In this document: positions 1-9,390 of the stretch, piece after piece | Layout of the letters: the number at the start of each line of letters is the position of its first letter | How positions within the stretch are numbered: position 1 is the first letter of the stretch | Assembly: GCA_963841735.1 (NCBI GenBank) | Contig: CAWJDT010000001.1 | Span: forward strand, 128,001 to 192,000 | Source of the DNA: an uncultured Actinomycetes bacterium | Lineage (GTDB): Bacteria > Actinomycetota > Thermoleophilia > RBG-16-64-13 | DNA: 64,000 bases | Direction: 5' to 3' | Made by a program: the position numbers and the translations under genes | Notes under the pieces: model-generated | What the model was told of the DNA's origin: nothing | What the model saw: the letters and a program-made list of their open reading frames with translations, nothing else | The model's database searches: none

Positions 1-571
1 CGCCGTAGTTGGCCACCAGCTGCTCGGCGGCAAAGGACTTCTTGCCCACGATCAGGTGGATGACGCCGAACTTGTCGGTGCGGTACTCGACCTTGCCGGC
101 TTTCATGTCGACTACGGCCTTGCCGATCTCGAAGGTCACGGTGCCGGCCTTGGGATTAGGCATGAGACCCCGCGGGCCCAGCACCCGGCCGAGCTTGCCG
201 ACCACGCCCATCATGTCCGGGGTGGCGATGGCGGCGTCGAAGTCGAGCATGCCACCCTCGATCAGGGCGGCCAGGTCTTCGGCGCCCACGATGTCGGCGC
301 CGGCGGCTTCGGCCTCAGTAGCCTTCTCGCCCTTGGCGAACACCGCCACCCGCACCGTCTTGCCGGTGCCGTGAGGCAGCATGCACGTGCCGCGCACCTG
401 CTGGTCGGCGTGCCGTGGGTTGACGCCGAGTTTGATGTGCACTTCGACGGTCTCGTCGAAGTTGGCCGTGGTGACGCTCTTGAGAAGAGTGGCGGCCTCG
501 AGCGGTGTGTAGATCCGGCCCGGCTCGACGGCCTTCTTGGCTTCTTTGAAGCGCTTGGAATCCTTGCTCAT
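1..571 (-). CDS. rplA: 50S ribosomal protein L1 (3' end runs off window)
   Basis: Manual translation [11 protein letters not shown]...[24 protein letters not shown]...[16 protein letters not shown]; GGAGG RBS; follows rplK. Confidence 0.97.
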   Translation of the reverse strand, partial: MSKDSKRFKEAKKAVEPGRIYTPLEAATLLKSVTTANFDETVEVHIKLGVNPRHADQQVRGTCMLPHGTGKTVRVAVFAKGEKATEAEAAGADIVGAEDLAALIEGGMLDFDAAIATPDMMGVVGKLGRVLGPRGLMPNPKAGTVTFEIGKAVVDMKAGKVEYRTDKFGVIHLIVGKKSFAAEQLVANYG

Positions 572-585
572 CGTGATACCTCCTG

Positions 586-615
586 GTGGTCAGACGGGCC
601 CCTCGACCCTCCCAC
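586..615 (-). promoter_or_regulatory. L1 autoregulatory binding site (rplA leader)
   Basis: Minus strand GTGGGAGG...TGACCAC immediately upstream of the rplA RBS, matching the known L1-binding stem/internal loop. Confidence 0.65.
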
Positions 616-662
616 CTTCCGGCCCGCTCGCGCGGGCATGTCGGCCGCTTCGCGGCGACCGC

Positions 663-1088
663 TTACTCGACTATGGTCACTCCCATGCTACGCGCCGTGC
701 CGGCCAGGATGCTCATGGCCGCGTCGATGTCGTTAGCGTTGAGGTCGGGCATCTTCACTTCGGCGATCTGCCGAAGCTGGTCCTTCGTGATCTTGCCCAC
801 CTTCTCCTTGCGCGGGCTGCCGCTACCCTTGGCGATGCCGGCCGCATTGCGGATGAGCACCGCGGCGGGTGCCGTCTTGAGGACGAACGTGAAGGAGCGG
901 TCTTCGAAGACCGTCAGCTCCACAGGCACCACCTGATCGATGCGGTCCTGGGTGGCCGCGTTGTAGGCCTTACAGAACTCCATGATGTTCACACCGTGCT
1001 GACCCAGCGCTGGGCCCACCGGCGGCGCGGGGGTCGCTTTGCCCCCCACGATCTGCAACTTGACTATAGCCCGTACCTTCTTAGCCAC
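663..1088 (-). CDS. rplK: 50S ribosomal protein L11
   Basis: [35 protein letters not shown]...GTARSMG. Confidence 0.98.
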   Translation of the reverse strand: MAKKVRAIVKLQIVGGKATPAPPVGPALGQHGVNIMEFCKAYNAATQDRIDQVVPVELTVFEDRSFTFVLKTAPAAVLIRNAAGIAKGSGSPRKEKVGKITKDQLRQIAEVKMPDLNANDIDAAMSILAGTARSMGVTIVE

Positions 1089-1141
1089 CTTGAATCTCCG
1101 TCTCTATCTGTAGCCGTCTGCGCTCAGGGAGTCCGACCGAC

Positions 1142-1705
1142 CTAGATCTTTTTGACCTGCTCGAAGCCCAACTCGGTGGGTGTATCCCGCCCGAAGATGG
1201 ACACCATTACCTTGAGCTTGCTCTGCTCTATGTTGACCTCGGCCACTTCACCGGTGAAATCGGTGAGCGGCCCGCTGATCACCCGCACCTGGTCGCCCAC
1301 AACGAACTCGGCCTTAGCCTTGGGCTTCTCGACTGTGGAGGTGTGCAGGATGCGATCGACCTCCGCGGGCATGAGCGGGGTGGGCTTGTTCTCCGACCCG
1401 ACGAAACCCGTGACACCAGGGGTGTTCTTGACCAGCGACCAAGAGTCGTCGGTGAGGATCATCTTCACCAATAGGTAGCCGGGGAAGATACGCTTCTCGA
1501 TCTGTATCTTCTCGCCGCCCTTGGTCTCTACCACCTGCTCGGTGGGAACCACTATCTCTTCGAAGTACTGCGCTTGGTTCATCGACTGGATGCGGTGCTC
1601 CAGATTGGTGCGGGCCTTGTTCTCGTGCCCCGAGTACGTGTTTATGACGTACCATTTTGAGTCCATCGAAGTGACCGCCTCAGGTGTGGTTGTGTGCTCA
1701 GCCAT
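1142..1705 (-). CDS. nusG: Transcription termination/antitermination factor NusG
   Basis: WYVINTYSGHENK, FPGYLLV, TPGVTGFVG, KOW domain, SIFGRDTP. Confidence 0.98.
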   Translation of the reverse strand: MAEHTTTPEAVTSMDSKWYVINTYSGHENKARTNLEHRIQSMNQAQYFEEIVVPTEQVVETKGGEKIQIEKRIFPGYLLVKMILTDDSWSLVKNTPGVTGFVGSENKPTPLMPAEVDRILHTSTVEKPKAKAEFVVGDQVRVISGPLTDFTGEVAEVNIEQSKLKVMVSIFGRDTPTELGFEQVKKI

Positions 1706-1708
1706 CGC

Positions 1709-2083
1709 TCAGCCCAGCCCCACGGCGCTGACTATGAGATTCCAGATGAAGTCGAACACTCCGATGAACACCCCGGCGATGGCGACCGCGACGATCACTA
1801 CCCCGGTGGACTTGACGAGCTCCTTGCGCGGCGGCCAAGTGACCTTGCCCATCTCGATGCGAACTTCGCGGAAGAACGTCCGCACCCGGCCACGAGGCTT
1901 AGTGCTAACGGATCCCCGGGGACCCGTGGACGAACTCGAACGCGACACCGAGGCTCGGGCGGAGGTACGACCGACCGCGCCCGCAATCCGCCCGACCGGT
2001 TTGGCCTGGGGCTTCTGGGCGTTTGTGGATTTCGGGACTTTCCCCGTTTGACCCGCCGCTCTATCGCTCTCTATCTTTGCCAT
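1709..2083 (-). CDS. secE: Preprotein translocase subunit SecE (long basic N-terminus)
   Basis: FFREVRIEMGKVTWP plus one TM helix; between tRNA-Trp and nusG. Confidence 0.95.
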   Translation of the reverse strand: MAKIESDRAAGQTGKVPKSTNAQKPQAKPVGRIAGAVGRTSARASVSRSSSSTGPRGSVSTKPRGRVRTFFREVRIEMGKVTWPPRKELVKSTGVVIVAVAIAGVFIGVFDFIWNLIVSAVGLG

Positions 2084-2110
2084 CGCCTCGACTCTGCCGT
2101 TGAAGAAAAC

Positions 2111-2186
2111 TGGCAGGGCAGGAGGGATTCGAACCCCCGGCCACCGGTTTTGGAGACCGGTGCTCTACCAGCTGAGCTACTGCCCT
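2111..2186 (-). tRNA. tRNA-Trp (CCA)
   Basis: AGGGCAGTAGCTCAGCTGGTAGAGC...CTCCAAA...GGTTCGAATCC...TGCCA cloverleaf. Confidence 0.97.
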
Positions 2187-2213
2187 ACGCTATACGCTCG
2201 TTCCGCTACGGGA

Positions 2214-2363
2214 TTACTTGGTCTCTTTGTGGACCGTGACCTCACTACACCACTTGCAGTACTTACGCAGTTCGATCCGTTCTGGATCGTTGCGCTTGTT
2301 CTTCATAGTGTTGTAGTTACGGCGCTTGCACTCTTGGCAAGCCATCGTCACCCGAACCCGCAT
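2214..2363 (-). CDS. rpmG: 50S ribosomal protein L33, Zn-ribbon type (49 aa; absent from ORF track)
   Basis: Manual translation [49 protein letters not shown]. Confidence 0.97.
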   Translation of the reverse strand: MRVRVTMACQECKRRNYNTMKNKRNDPERIELRKYCKWCSEVTVHKETK

Positions 2364-2418
2364 TACTTCACCGCTTCCTAGTCATTGAAACGCCCGTGAA
2401 TGCTACCACAAACGGAGG

Positions 2419-2492
2419 TAGCGGCGAGAGGACTCGAACCTCTGACACGCGGATTATGATTCCGCTGCTCTGACCAGCTGAGCTACGCCGCC
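2419..2492 (-). tRNA. tRNA-Met (CAT), elongator type; CCA not encoded
   Basis: GGCGGCGTAGCTCAGCTGGTCAGAGC...AATCATAAT...GGTTCGAGTCC. Confidence 0.92.
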
Positions 2493-2665
2493 CCGTTCTG
2501 CAACCCGCTTCGGAGCGAAGTTTCGGCCGCCGAGTGCGCACTGGACGGCACGATGTGTCGTCCTCAGTCGCATCCGTAGCGCTACTACGCCTGCTCCCTG
2601 CGTCCTCGCCTCGTGCATGTCCACCGCGTCCCTGTCGGCGAAACCCCGCTCCGAAGCGGGTTGTA

Positions 2666-2740
<75 letters not shown>

Positions 2741-2791
2741 CCACTTAGCCAGCCTGCCGCTGACCACCTCGCCGGCCGCCTATAGGTCATA

Positions 2792-2876
<85 letters not shown>

Positions 2877-2997
2877 ACGCGCAAAACCAGCCGCTGAGGC
2901 GAACACGCATGATACCCAAAGGCCAGGGTCGTTTCAAGAATGGCGGGAACCGATGAGTCACGCTTCTGGGCACCCAGCAAATCGAGGGCTTGCGCGC

Positions 2998-3957
2998 CTA
3001 GCTCAGCGCGTTGCGGCGCTTCATAATCGCAACCGTCACCGCGGTAGTAGCCACTATCAGCCCTCCTAGAAACAGCCCCGCCCTAGCCTGACTGACCTGG
3101 CCGCTGCTCTCCATCCAAATGAAGTAGGAGAATAAGGGCCTTGGCCGGAATTGCATCCACTCGGCAATCCATACCGCCGGCGAGTATTTGGTGATCTGCT
3201 CCACTACCCCGGCGACGATGGCTGCAAAAAGCACCACCACAGCCGATGCTGAGAGAGCCGAGAGCGCGTTGCGCAAGAGAACCCCGGTGGACACTCCCAG
3301 CGTGGCCACGGCCATGATGACCAATGGCGCCCTGGCCAGAAGCGAGAGACTCCAGCCTACAGCCTCCGGAGCGGCATCCACCTGCAGAGGAAAAGCATGC
3401 ACTGAGATGAGGCCCCACAGCATCAACGCCACCCAGGAGGCGAACATCAGCCACAGCCCCGCGATCCAAGTAGAAACCACTTTGGCGACCACCAGTCTCG
3501 CCCTGCCGCTGTGCTGCACCAGGACCTCTTTGATGGAATTGCGGCTCCACTCTCCGGCCACGTGAAAAGCGGCAAAGATGAGTAGCGCGAACACACCCAA
3601 TGCCGAAGTCGAAACCGCCGCCGCCAACCCGGCCGCGCCCAAGGGTTGCTGGGTAGCGCGCGCCAGGTTCACGCTTGACTTGACCTCTTCCACCCACCTG
3701 GCGTTTTCGGCCTCCATCTGTGCCTGCATCTGAGCCAGAGCCTCGTCGTACTCCGGCCCTGCCGTCAGCCCCATATCTTCAGGAGTGGGGACGTAGTTCA
3801 TGGTCTCCAGATTGTTCAGTGCAGCCTCAAGCTGACCGCTTGCCCCTCCCTGCAACCCTATTCCATAGAAAACCGAGATGAGCATGACGACGATCGTGGT
3901 GGTGACGAACATGGGGCCGCGAAACTTCCTGAGTTCTGCCCGCACGCCCCGGATCAT
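2998..3957 (-). CDS. ABC-2 type exporter permease
   Basis: AELRK N-terminus, extracellular loop, AGEW...K motif, ~6 TM; ATGA overlap with the ATPase gene. Confidence 0.85.
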   Translation of the reverse strand: MIRGVRAELRKFRGPMFVTTTIVVMLISVFYGIGLQGGASGQLEAALNNLETMNYVPTPEDMGLTAGPEYDEALAQMQAQMEAENARWVEEVKSSVNLARATQQPLGAAGLAAAVSTSALGVFALLIFAAFHVAGEWSRNSIKEVLVQHSGRARLVVAKVVSTWIAGLWLMFASWVALMLWGLISVHAFPLQVDAAPEAVGWSLSLLARAPLVIMAVATLGVSTGVLLRNALSALSASAVVVLFAAIVAGVVEQITKYSPAVWIAEWMQFRPRPLFSYFIWMESSGQVSQARAGLFLGGLIVATTAVTVAIMKRRNALS

Positions 3958-4847
3958 TGCCGTGCCCCCGTCAACTCAAGAAAGCGCTGTTCCAGCGAGG
4001 TGTTCTCGCGCACCAACGTGTCTGGAGGTATGCCGGCTGCCAGAAGCGCGGTCGCTACTTCCCTGTTCTTGGCTCCTTCGATGTAGAAGACGCCCGAGCC
4101 GGGACTGGTGGCTTGGAGGTGAGACAGAGCTCTCGCCGCGGCTTGGTGATCTGCGGAGTCGACCACCAACCGTACGCGCTCGTTGGCGCCGCCCACCTGC
4201 AGAGGGCTCCCCACCTCGAGCAACCGGCCACTGCTGAGGATGCCCACCCGGTCGCACACCTTCTCTATCTCGCCCAACTGGTGGCTGGAGACAAGGACAG
4301 TGGTACCGGCCGCTGCCTCCTCCTTCATCAGGCGGCGCAGCCATTCGATGCCGGCGGGATCAAGACCGTTGGCGGGTTCATCGAGAACCAGCAGTTCGGG
4401 CTTGCCCATGAGTGCCTGCGCAAGGCCAAGCCTCTGCCTCATGCCTTGGGAGAACTTCTTTATTGGCTTCTTGCCAACATCTGCCAGCCCCACCCGCTCC
4501 AGAGTCTCGCGCCTGACCGACTTCGCGACGGGCACCTTGCGCGTATCGCTCATGGTGGCAAGGAACCTATCGGCAGTCATCCAGGGATAGAAGGCCGGCT
4601 CTTCGACCACCGCCCCCATGCGAGCCAGAGTGCCGGCTGAGATGGGGACCTCATCACCCAAGATGCGTGAACTGCCCCTGGTCGCGCTGGTCAAGCCCAG
4701 TAGGACTCGAAAGAGCGTGGTCTTGCCGGCGCCGTTGGGCCCAAGCAACCCGAAGATCTCGCCCTCGCGCACCTCGAGCGTGAAATCCTCGAGCGCCGCC
4801 AGAGCCCTATAGTGCTTAGTGAGCCCGGTGCAGTCTACCGTTGCCAA
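3954..4847 (-). CDS. ABC transporter ATP-binding protein
   Basis: GPNGAGKTT, FSQGMRQ, LLVLDEP, SSH. Confidence 0.95.
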   Translation of the reverse strand: MATVDCTGLTKHYRALAALEDFTLEVREGEIFGLLGPNGAGKTTLFRVLLGLTSATRGSSRILGDEVPISAGTLARMGAVVEEPAFYPWMTADRFLATMSDTRKVPVAKSVRRETLERVGLADVGKKPIKKFSQGMRQRLGLAQALMGKPELLVLDEPANGLDPAGIEWLRRLMKEEAAAGTTVLVSSHQLGEIEKVCDRVGILSSGRLLEVGSPLQVGGANERVRLVVDSADHQAAARALSHLQATSPGSGVFYIEGAKNREVATALLAAGIPPDTLVRENTSLEQRFLELTGARQ

Positions 4848-4943
4848 GTCCCCCCCAATCTTCCGCTGTCACAGCTTCCGACTCAGCCTCTGACCGTCCC
4901 CAATCTCCCGGCCAGGCGCCCACGATAGCATCCGCCTGGGCGG

Positions 4944-6252
4944 CTACACAATCGTCCGCATCCGCGGCACCGTGATGCTGGCCTCCTTCAAGAACAACAC
5001 CCGCGCATCCTCGCCCATCTTGGCCAGCGCGGCGTCCACGGCCTCCTGCGCGCTCGCGAAGGGAGTCATGAACATGGCCTCCACGTCCTCGGCTCTGAGA
5101 GAACTGACCATCCAGATGTCCGCCCGCTCCAGGATGGAGGCGATGCGGGCCGGCTGCTGCACGCCCAGCTTGTACTCCTCCAGATTGGCGCGCTCGAGCG
5201 CCTGGGCCGGCGAATCGGCGGCCGCCAGCATGTCGAAAAGGGTCTGGTTCTCTCCCAGACCGAAGGGGCACTCCGAGACCACGATGAGCACGCCTCCGTC
5301 TTCGACGGCCAAGGCCCCGCTCTGGATGGCCTTGTTGGTCTGATAGAGATTGCAGTCCATGGGATGAGGCGCCACCGCCACCACCACCTCGTAGGGCCGC
5401 TCGATCTCCAGCACGAACTGCTTGTCGGCCTGCGCGATAGCGCGGGGGAAGGCGTCGTCCAAGGCGCCCGCCGCCGCGAAGCCCACCTTGTGGTCTTTGT
5501 CCAGCACCAGTTGGATGGTGTAGATCTGCTTGCCGGCGACGCCTACGGCCATGGCCTCTTCAAGATCCTCGTGCACCGGGTTGCCTGTCAAGCACGAGCG
5601 TCTCGGAACCGGCCTCCATCGAAAGCTTGTGATTGGCCCAGACGGTCTGGTAGCCGGCCAATCCGGGAAACAGCGACTTGCGGCCACCCGTGTAGCCGGC
5701 GAAGTAGTGCGGCTCCACCGAGTTGATCAGAAGCACGCTATGGGCTTCGGCCAGCAGCCGGTTCACCTGGATGTCGGTGCCGCGCGAGGTGTGGCCCAGG
5801 TGGACCAGTTGCCCCTTGTCTTTGGCGTCGTGGCAGAAGATGCGACCGGCATGGGCTTTGGCCAGGTCGACCCCGAACAGATGCTCGATCTCGGCCGGAA
5901 GCGCCGCCCGATGCGTCCCGGTGGCGATGACGAAGGACAACTGCCGGCCGAGGCCGTCGCACACGCCGCTCCGGTCGGGGCCGCGCAGCCATTCCTCCAA
6001 TTGCGGCCGCAGCACACGCAGGACCTCAGCCGATGGGGTGGGCCGAGTGGAGTCGTTGACCACCACAAGCAGGGGCGACGGCGCCCCGGCCAGGAACTCG
6101 ATGAACTCGGCCCCCGGTACAGCTATGGCCGCCCGCAACACCGCATCGGGGTCGGCGGCCCGCTCCACGTTGGCGCCCAGCACGCCGGCCACCCGCTGGG
6201 GGTCTAACTCGACCGGGGTGGTCCCGGTGCCCCAAGGCACGTCTATGCGCAT
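4944..6252 (-). CDS. LarA-family nickel-pincer 2-hydroxy-acid racemase/epimerase; one frameshift near 5587
   Basis: NDSTRPTP, ATGTHR, CHD, TSRGT, EPHYFAGYTGGRKS, NH, GNPVHED, YQTNKA; the two ORFs join by removing one base. Confidence 0.85.
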
Positions 6253-6473
6253 ACTTGCTCCTCACCGCCACGCAACCCGACGTCGCGGGACTCCATGGTT
6301 TCTCCAGTGTGCTCGTTTCCGGCCCGTCAAGCCTAGCGCAGGCCTTGGCTCGGCCGCAAGACGACTGACGACCGCGAAGGTGCCGAGCGCAGCGGCGCCG
6401 GACGGCAGGCCCGACCGGTTTCACTGTAGAATCGCTGAAGCAAGCAGTCCTATCGCACGTGGGAGTCACAGCC

Positions 6474-7190
6474 ATGGAGCACTTCAGCTACAGCATCGCC
6501 CCAGAGGTATTCGAACGCTTCCCCGGCTACGTGCGCGGCGTCGTGATCGCCCACGGAGTCAAGAACGGCCCCTCCCCCGCTGAGCTGGTGCAGATGATGC
6601 GAGAAGCAGAAGCGTCGGTGCGGGCGCGAGTCAATATCGAGCAGATAGCCGAGGAACCCCGCATCAAATCGTGGCGCGAAGCCTATCGGGCTTTCGGGGC
6701 CAAACCGGCCGAGTTCCGTTCGTCGGTGGAGGCCATGGCCCGCCGGGCGTTGCGCGGCGACGAACTGCCCGCCATCAACGCCCTTGTCGATATCGGCAAC
6801 GTCATGTCGCTGCGCCATCTGATCCCGGCCGGCGGTCACGCCATCGACCTGTTGAACGGCGACATCGAACTCCGCTTCGCCACCGGCGAAGAGGAGTTCG
6901 TGGCCTTCGGCACTGAGCAGATGGAGCACCCCCTGCCGGGCGAGGTCATCTTTGCCGAGGGCAACACCGTCCTCACCCGCCGTTGGACCTGGCGACAGGG
7001 CAATCACACCTTGACCCTGCCCGAGACCACGGCCATCGAGTTCAACGTGGACGGGTTGCCCCCCGTCACCAAGTCAGACATCGAAGCCGCATGCGTCGAG
7101 GTGGCCGAGCTGATCGGGCGCTTTTGCGGCGGTACCAGCCGCATCGACTACCTGACGGCAGAGACGCCCCGCATCTCGCTGGCGCCATAG
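6474..7190 (+). CDS. Stand-alone B3/B4 (PheRS beta-like editing) domain protein
   Basis: WREAYRAFG...SSVEAM...INALVDIGNVMSL...GGHAID...RRWTWRQ. Confidence 0.88.
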   Translation: MEHFSYSIAPEVFERFPGYVRGVVIAHGVKNGPSPAELVQMMREAEASVRARVNIEQIAEEPRIKSWREAYRAFGAKPAEFRSSVEAMARRALRGDELPAINALVDIGNVMSLRHLIPAGGHAIDLLNGDIELRFATGEEEFVAFGTEQMEHPLPGEVIFAEGNTVLTRRWTWRQGNHTLTLPETTAIEFNVDGLPPVTKSDIEAACVEVAELIGRFCGGTSRIDYLTAETPRISLAP

Positions 7191-7193
7191 AAA

Positions 7194-7224
7194 GACCCCC
7201 GGGGCCTTGCGGCGCCCGGGGGTC
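7194..7224. terminator. Hairpin between convergent genes
   Basis: GACCCCCGGG...CCCGGGGGTC inverted repeat. Confidence 0.6.
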
Positions 7225-7291
7225 GTCAAATCGTTCTGAGAGGCGCCCGCCCGGCGGGCCGCGCGACTCTGTGGCTCGGTGGCTCCGCTGG

Positions 7292-8488
7292 CTAGACCGC
7301 CTCCACCACAGTGGCGATGCCCTGGCCGCCGGCGATGCAGAGCGTGGCCAAGCCGTAGCGAGTACCGCGCTTCTTCATCTCATGCAGCAAGGTCACGAAT
7401 ATCCTGGCTCCGGAGCAACCCAACGGATGCCCGAGAGCGATGGCTCCACCGTTGACGTTGATGTCGGCCAAGCGATGGCCGATGCCCAGGTCCTTGATAC
7501 ACGCCAACGCCTGAGCGGCGAAAGCTTCGTTGAGTTCGATGAGCCCCATGTCGTCGAAGGTGAGGCCGGCGTTGGCCAGCGCCTTGCGGCTGGCAGGGGC
7601 CGGCCCGATGCCCATGATCTCCGGAGAAACACCGGCGATGCCCATGCCCCTGATGACCGCCATGGGCTTGAGGCCTCTTCTGGTCGCCTCTTTGGCCGAC
7701 ATGACCAAAGTGCACGCGGCACCGTCGTTACGGCCCGAGGCGTTGCCGGCCGTCACCGTGCCGCCGTCTTTGAAGACGGGCGGTAGTCCAGCCAACCCTT
7801 CCAGCGTGCTCTTCCGCGGATGTTCATCGGTGTCGAAGACAACCGTGGCCTTGCGCTGCTTGATCTCCACCGGCACGATCTCGTCCTTGAAACGTCCGGA
7901 CTCTATGGCGGCGAAGGCTCTGTTCTGGCTCTCCAGCGAGAACGCGTCTTGCTCTTCCCGGCTGATGCCGTATTTGACCGCCAGGTTCTCGGCGGTGAGA
8001 CCCATGTTCAGGTTGGCGCCGTAGACCTCGATGGGCTGCGAGCGCGGCTGGCTCTCGGTATTGGAGTCGACCAACACGGCGTTGCCGGCCCCATATCCGT
8101 AGCGGGCACCACGCAGATAGTAGGGGGCCTTGCTCATGTTCTCCACCCCACCCGCGAGGATGATGTCGGCCTGACCGGCCATGATGGACATGGCGGCGTT
8201 GTGGATGGCCGTTAGACCCGAGCCACACTGCCGCATCACCGTGTAGGCCGGAATCTCGATGGGCATGCCCGCCTTGAGCATGGCCACCCGAGCCAGGTTG
8301 GCGGCGTCGGCGCTCTGCTTGGTCTGGCCGAGGATGACCTCGTCCACCGCCTCCGCCTCTACCCCCGCCTGCTTCAGGGCTTCCAGGATGACTATCTTGC
8401 CCAGATCCTCCGGCTCGACGTCCTTGAGTCCTCCGCCCAGCCTACCTACCGCCGTTCTCACGGCACTGACGATCACAACTTGTTCCAT
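7292..8488 (-). CDS. Thiolase (acetyl-CoA C-acyltransferase)
   Basis: QCGSG, NEAFAAQ, GGAIALGHPLGCSG, CIAGGQG. Confidence 0.96.
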   Translation of the reverse strand: MEQVVIVSAVRTAVGRLGGGLKDVEPEDLGKIVILEALKQAGVEAEAVDEVILGQTKQSADAANLARVAMLKAGMPIEIPAYTVMRQCGSGLTAIHNAAMSIMAGQADIILAGGVENMSKAPYYLRGARYGYGAGNAVLVDSNTESQPRSQPIEVYGANLNMGLTAENLAVKYGISREEQDAFSLESQNRAFAAIESGRFKDEIVPVEIKQRKATVVFDTDEHPRKSTLEGLAGLPPVFKDGGTVTAGNASGRNDGAACTLVMSAKEATRRGLKPMAVIRGMGIAGVSPEIMGIGPAPASRKALANAGLTFDDMGLIELNEAFAAQALACIKDLGIGHRLADINVNGGAIALGHPLGCSGARIFVTLLHEMKKRGTRYGLATLCIAGGQGIATVVEAV

Positions 8489-8546
8489 GAGACCTTTTCC
8501 GTTGTTTGTTGCGCTGCTATGTCTTCTGCTTCAAGCTTCTGCAAGT

Positions 8547-9386
8547 TTACTTGAACGGCTCCAATACGATCTCTCCTAGGTCGACGTCCGTCTGCGTGTA
8601 GACCTCGATGACCATGGAGGCATAGCCGTCCAAGTCGATGCCCACCCGATAGTCGGTGTTCTTCTCCAGCCCTTCGAACTCGAAGTCGCCGTAGCTGTCG
8701 GAGCGGGACTCGATTGTCTGACCCCCACCTTCCAGTGTGATCTTCACACCCTCGGCGCACTCGCCGGGGAAGTCACGCCGAACCACTTCACCCACCACAA
8801 ACTTCTTGGGCAGACCGAAGTACTTGACCGTCGGAGAAGTGCCGTATTCGGGATGGTAGACCTCAGGGCTGAGAGCAGCCGCGGCTTTGGCGATCTCACT
8901 GTTGGCGTCGTCCAGGTCGCCGAAGATGAGTGCTCCGGTGGGGCAGGCCTCCACGCAACGGGGCAGCGCCTCGCCTTCGTCCAGCCGGTGGGCGCACATG
9001 GTGCACTTCTGCGGAATATCGAGCTCGGCGTTCCAGAACACCACTCGGTAAGGACAAGAGCTGACAATGGCCTTCTGTCCCTTGGCCTTGGTGGGGTCGA
9101 TGATGACGATGCCGTCCTCGCGCCGGTACACGGCCTCATCGGCGGCCACCTCGATGCAGGGCGCCTTCTCGCAGTGCATGCACGGCGTGGGGATGTAGTC
9201 GAGCTTGGGCTTGGGAAAACTGCCCCGCTCGACCTCTTTGATCTGCATCCAGAACTGCCCGTCAAGCGGCTGAGGGGCCGAGTACGGGCTGTAGTCGTTC
9301 TCGAAGTACTCGTCGCGGCAGGCTAGAAAACAGTTGTAGCAACCGCTGCACTTGGTCACATCAAAAAGCATGCTCAGGCGTGCCAT
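8547..9386 (-). CDS. Transhydroxylase-type beta subunit (FeS protein with C-terminal beta-sandwich)
   Basis: CSGCYNCFLAC, CMHCEKAPC, CTMCAH...CVEACP; third motif reduced to CPY; C-terminal SDSYGDFEF domain. Confidence 0.88.
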   Translation of the reverse strand: MARLSMLFDVTKCSGCYNCFLACRDEYFENDYSPYSAPQPLDGQFWMQIKEVERGSFPKPKLDYIPTPCMHCEKAPCIEVAADEAVYRREDGIVIIDPTKAKGQKAIVSSCPYRVVFWNAELDIPQKCTMCAHRLDEGEALPRCVEACPTGALIFGDLDDANSEIAKAAAALSPEVYHPEYGTSPTVKYFGLPKKFVVGEVVRRDFPGECAEGVKITLEGGGQTIESRSDSYGDFEFEGLEKNTDYRVGIDLDGYASMVIEVYTQTDVDLGEIVLEPFK

Positions 9387-9390
9387 CTGA

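Noticed and set aside
9-2051. Long plus-strand ORFs opposite rplA/rplK/nusG/secE, and similar antisense ORFs such as 32387-33853 and 56712-58628
   Set aside because: These are shadow ORFs typical of high-GC coding DNA, with no recognisable motifs or RBS.
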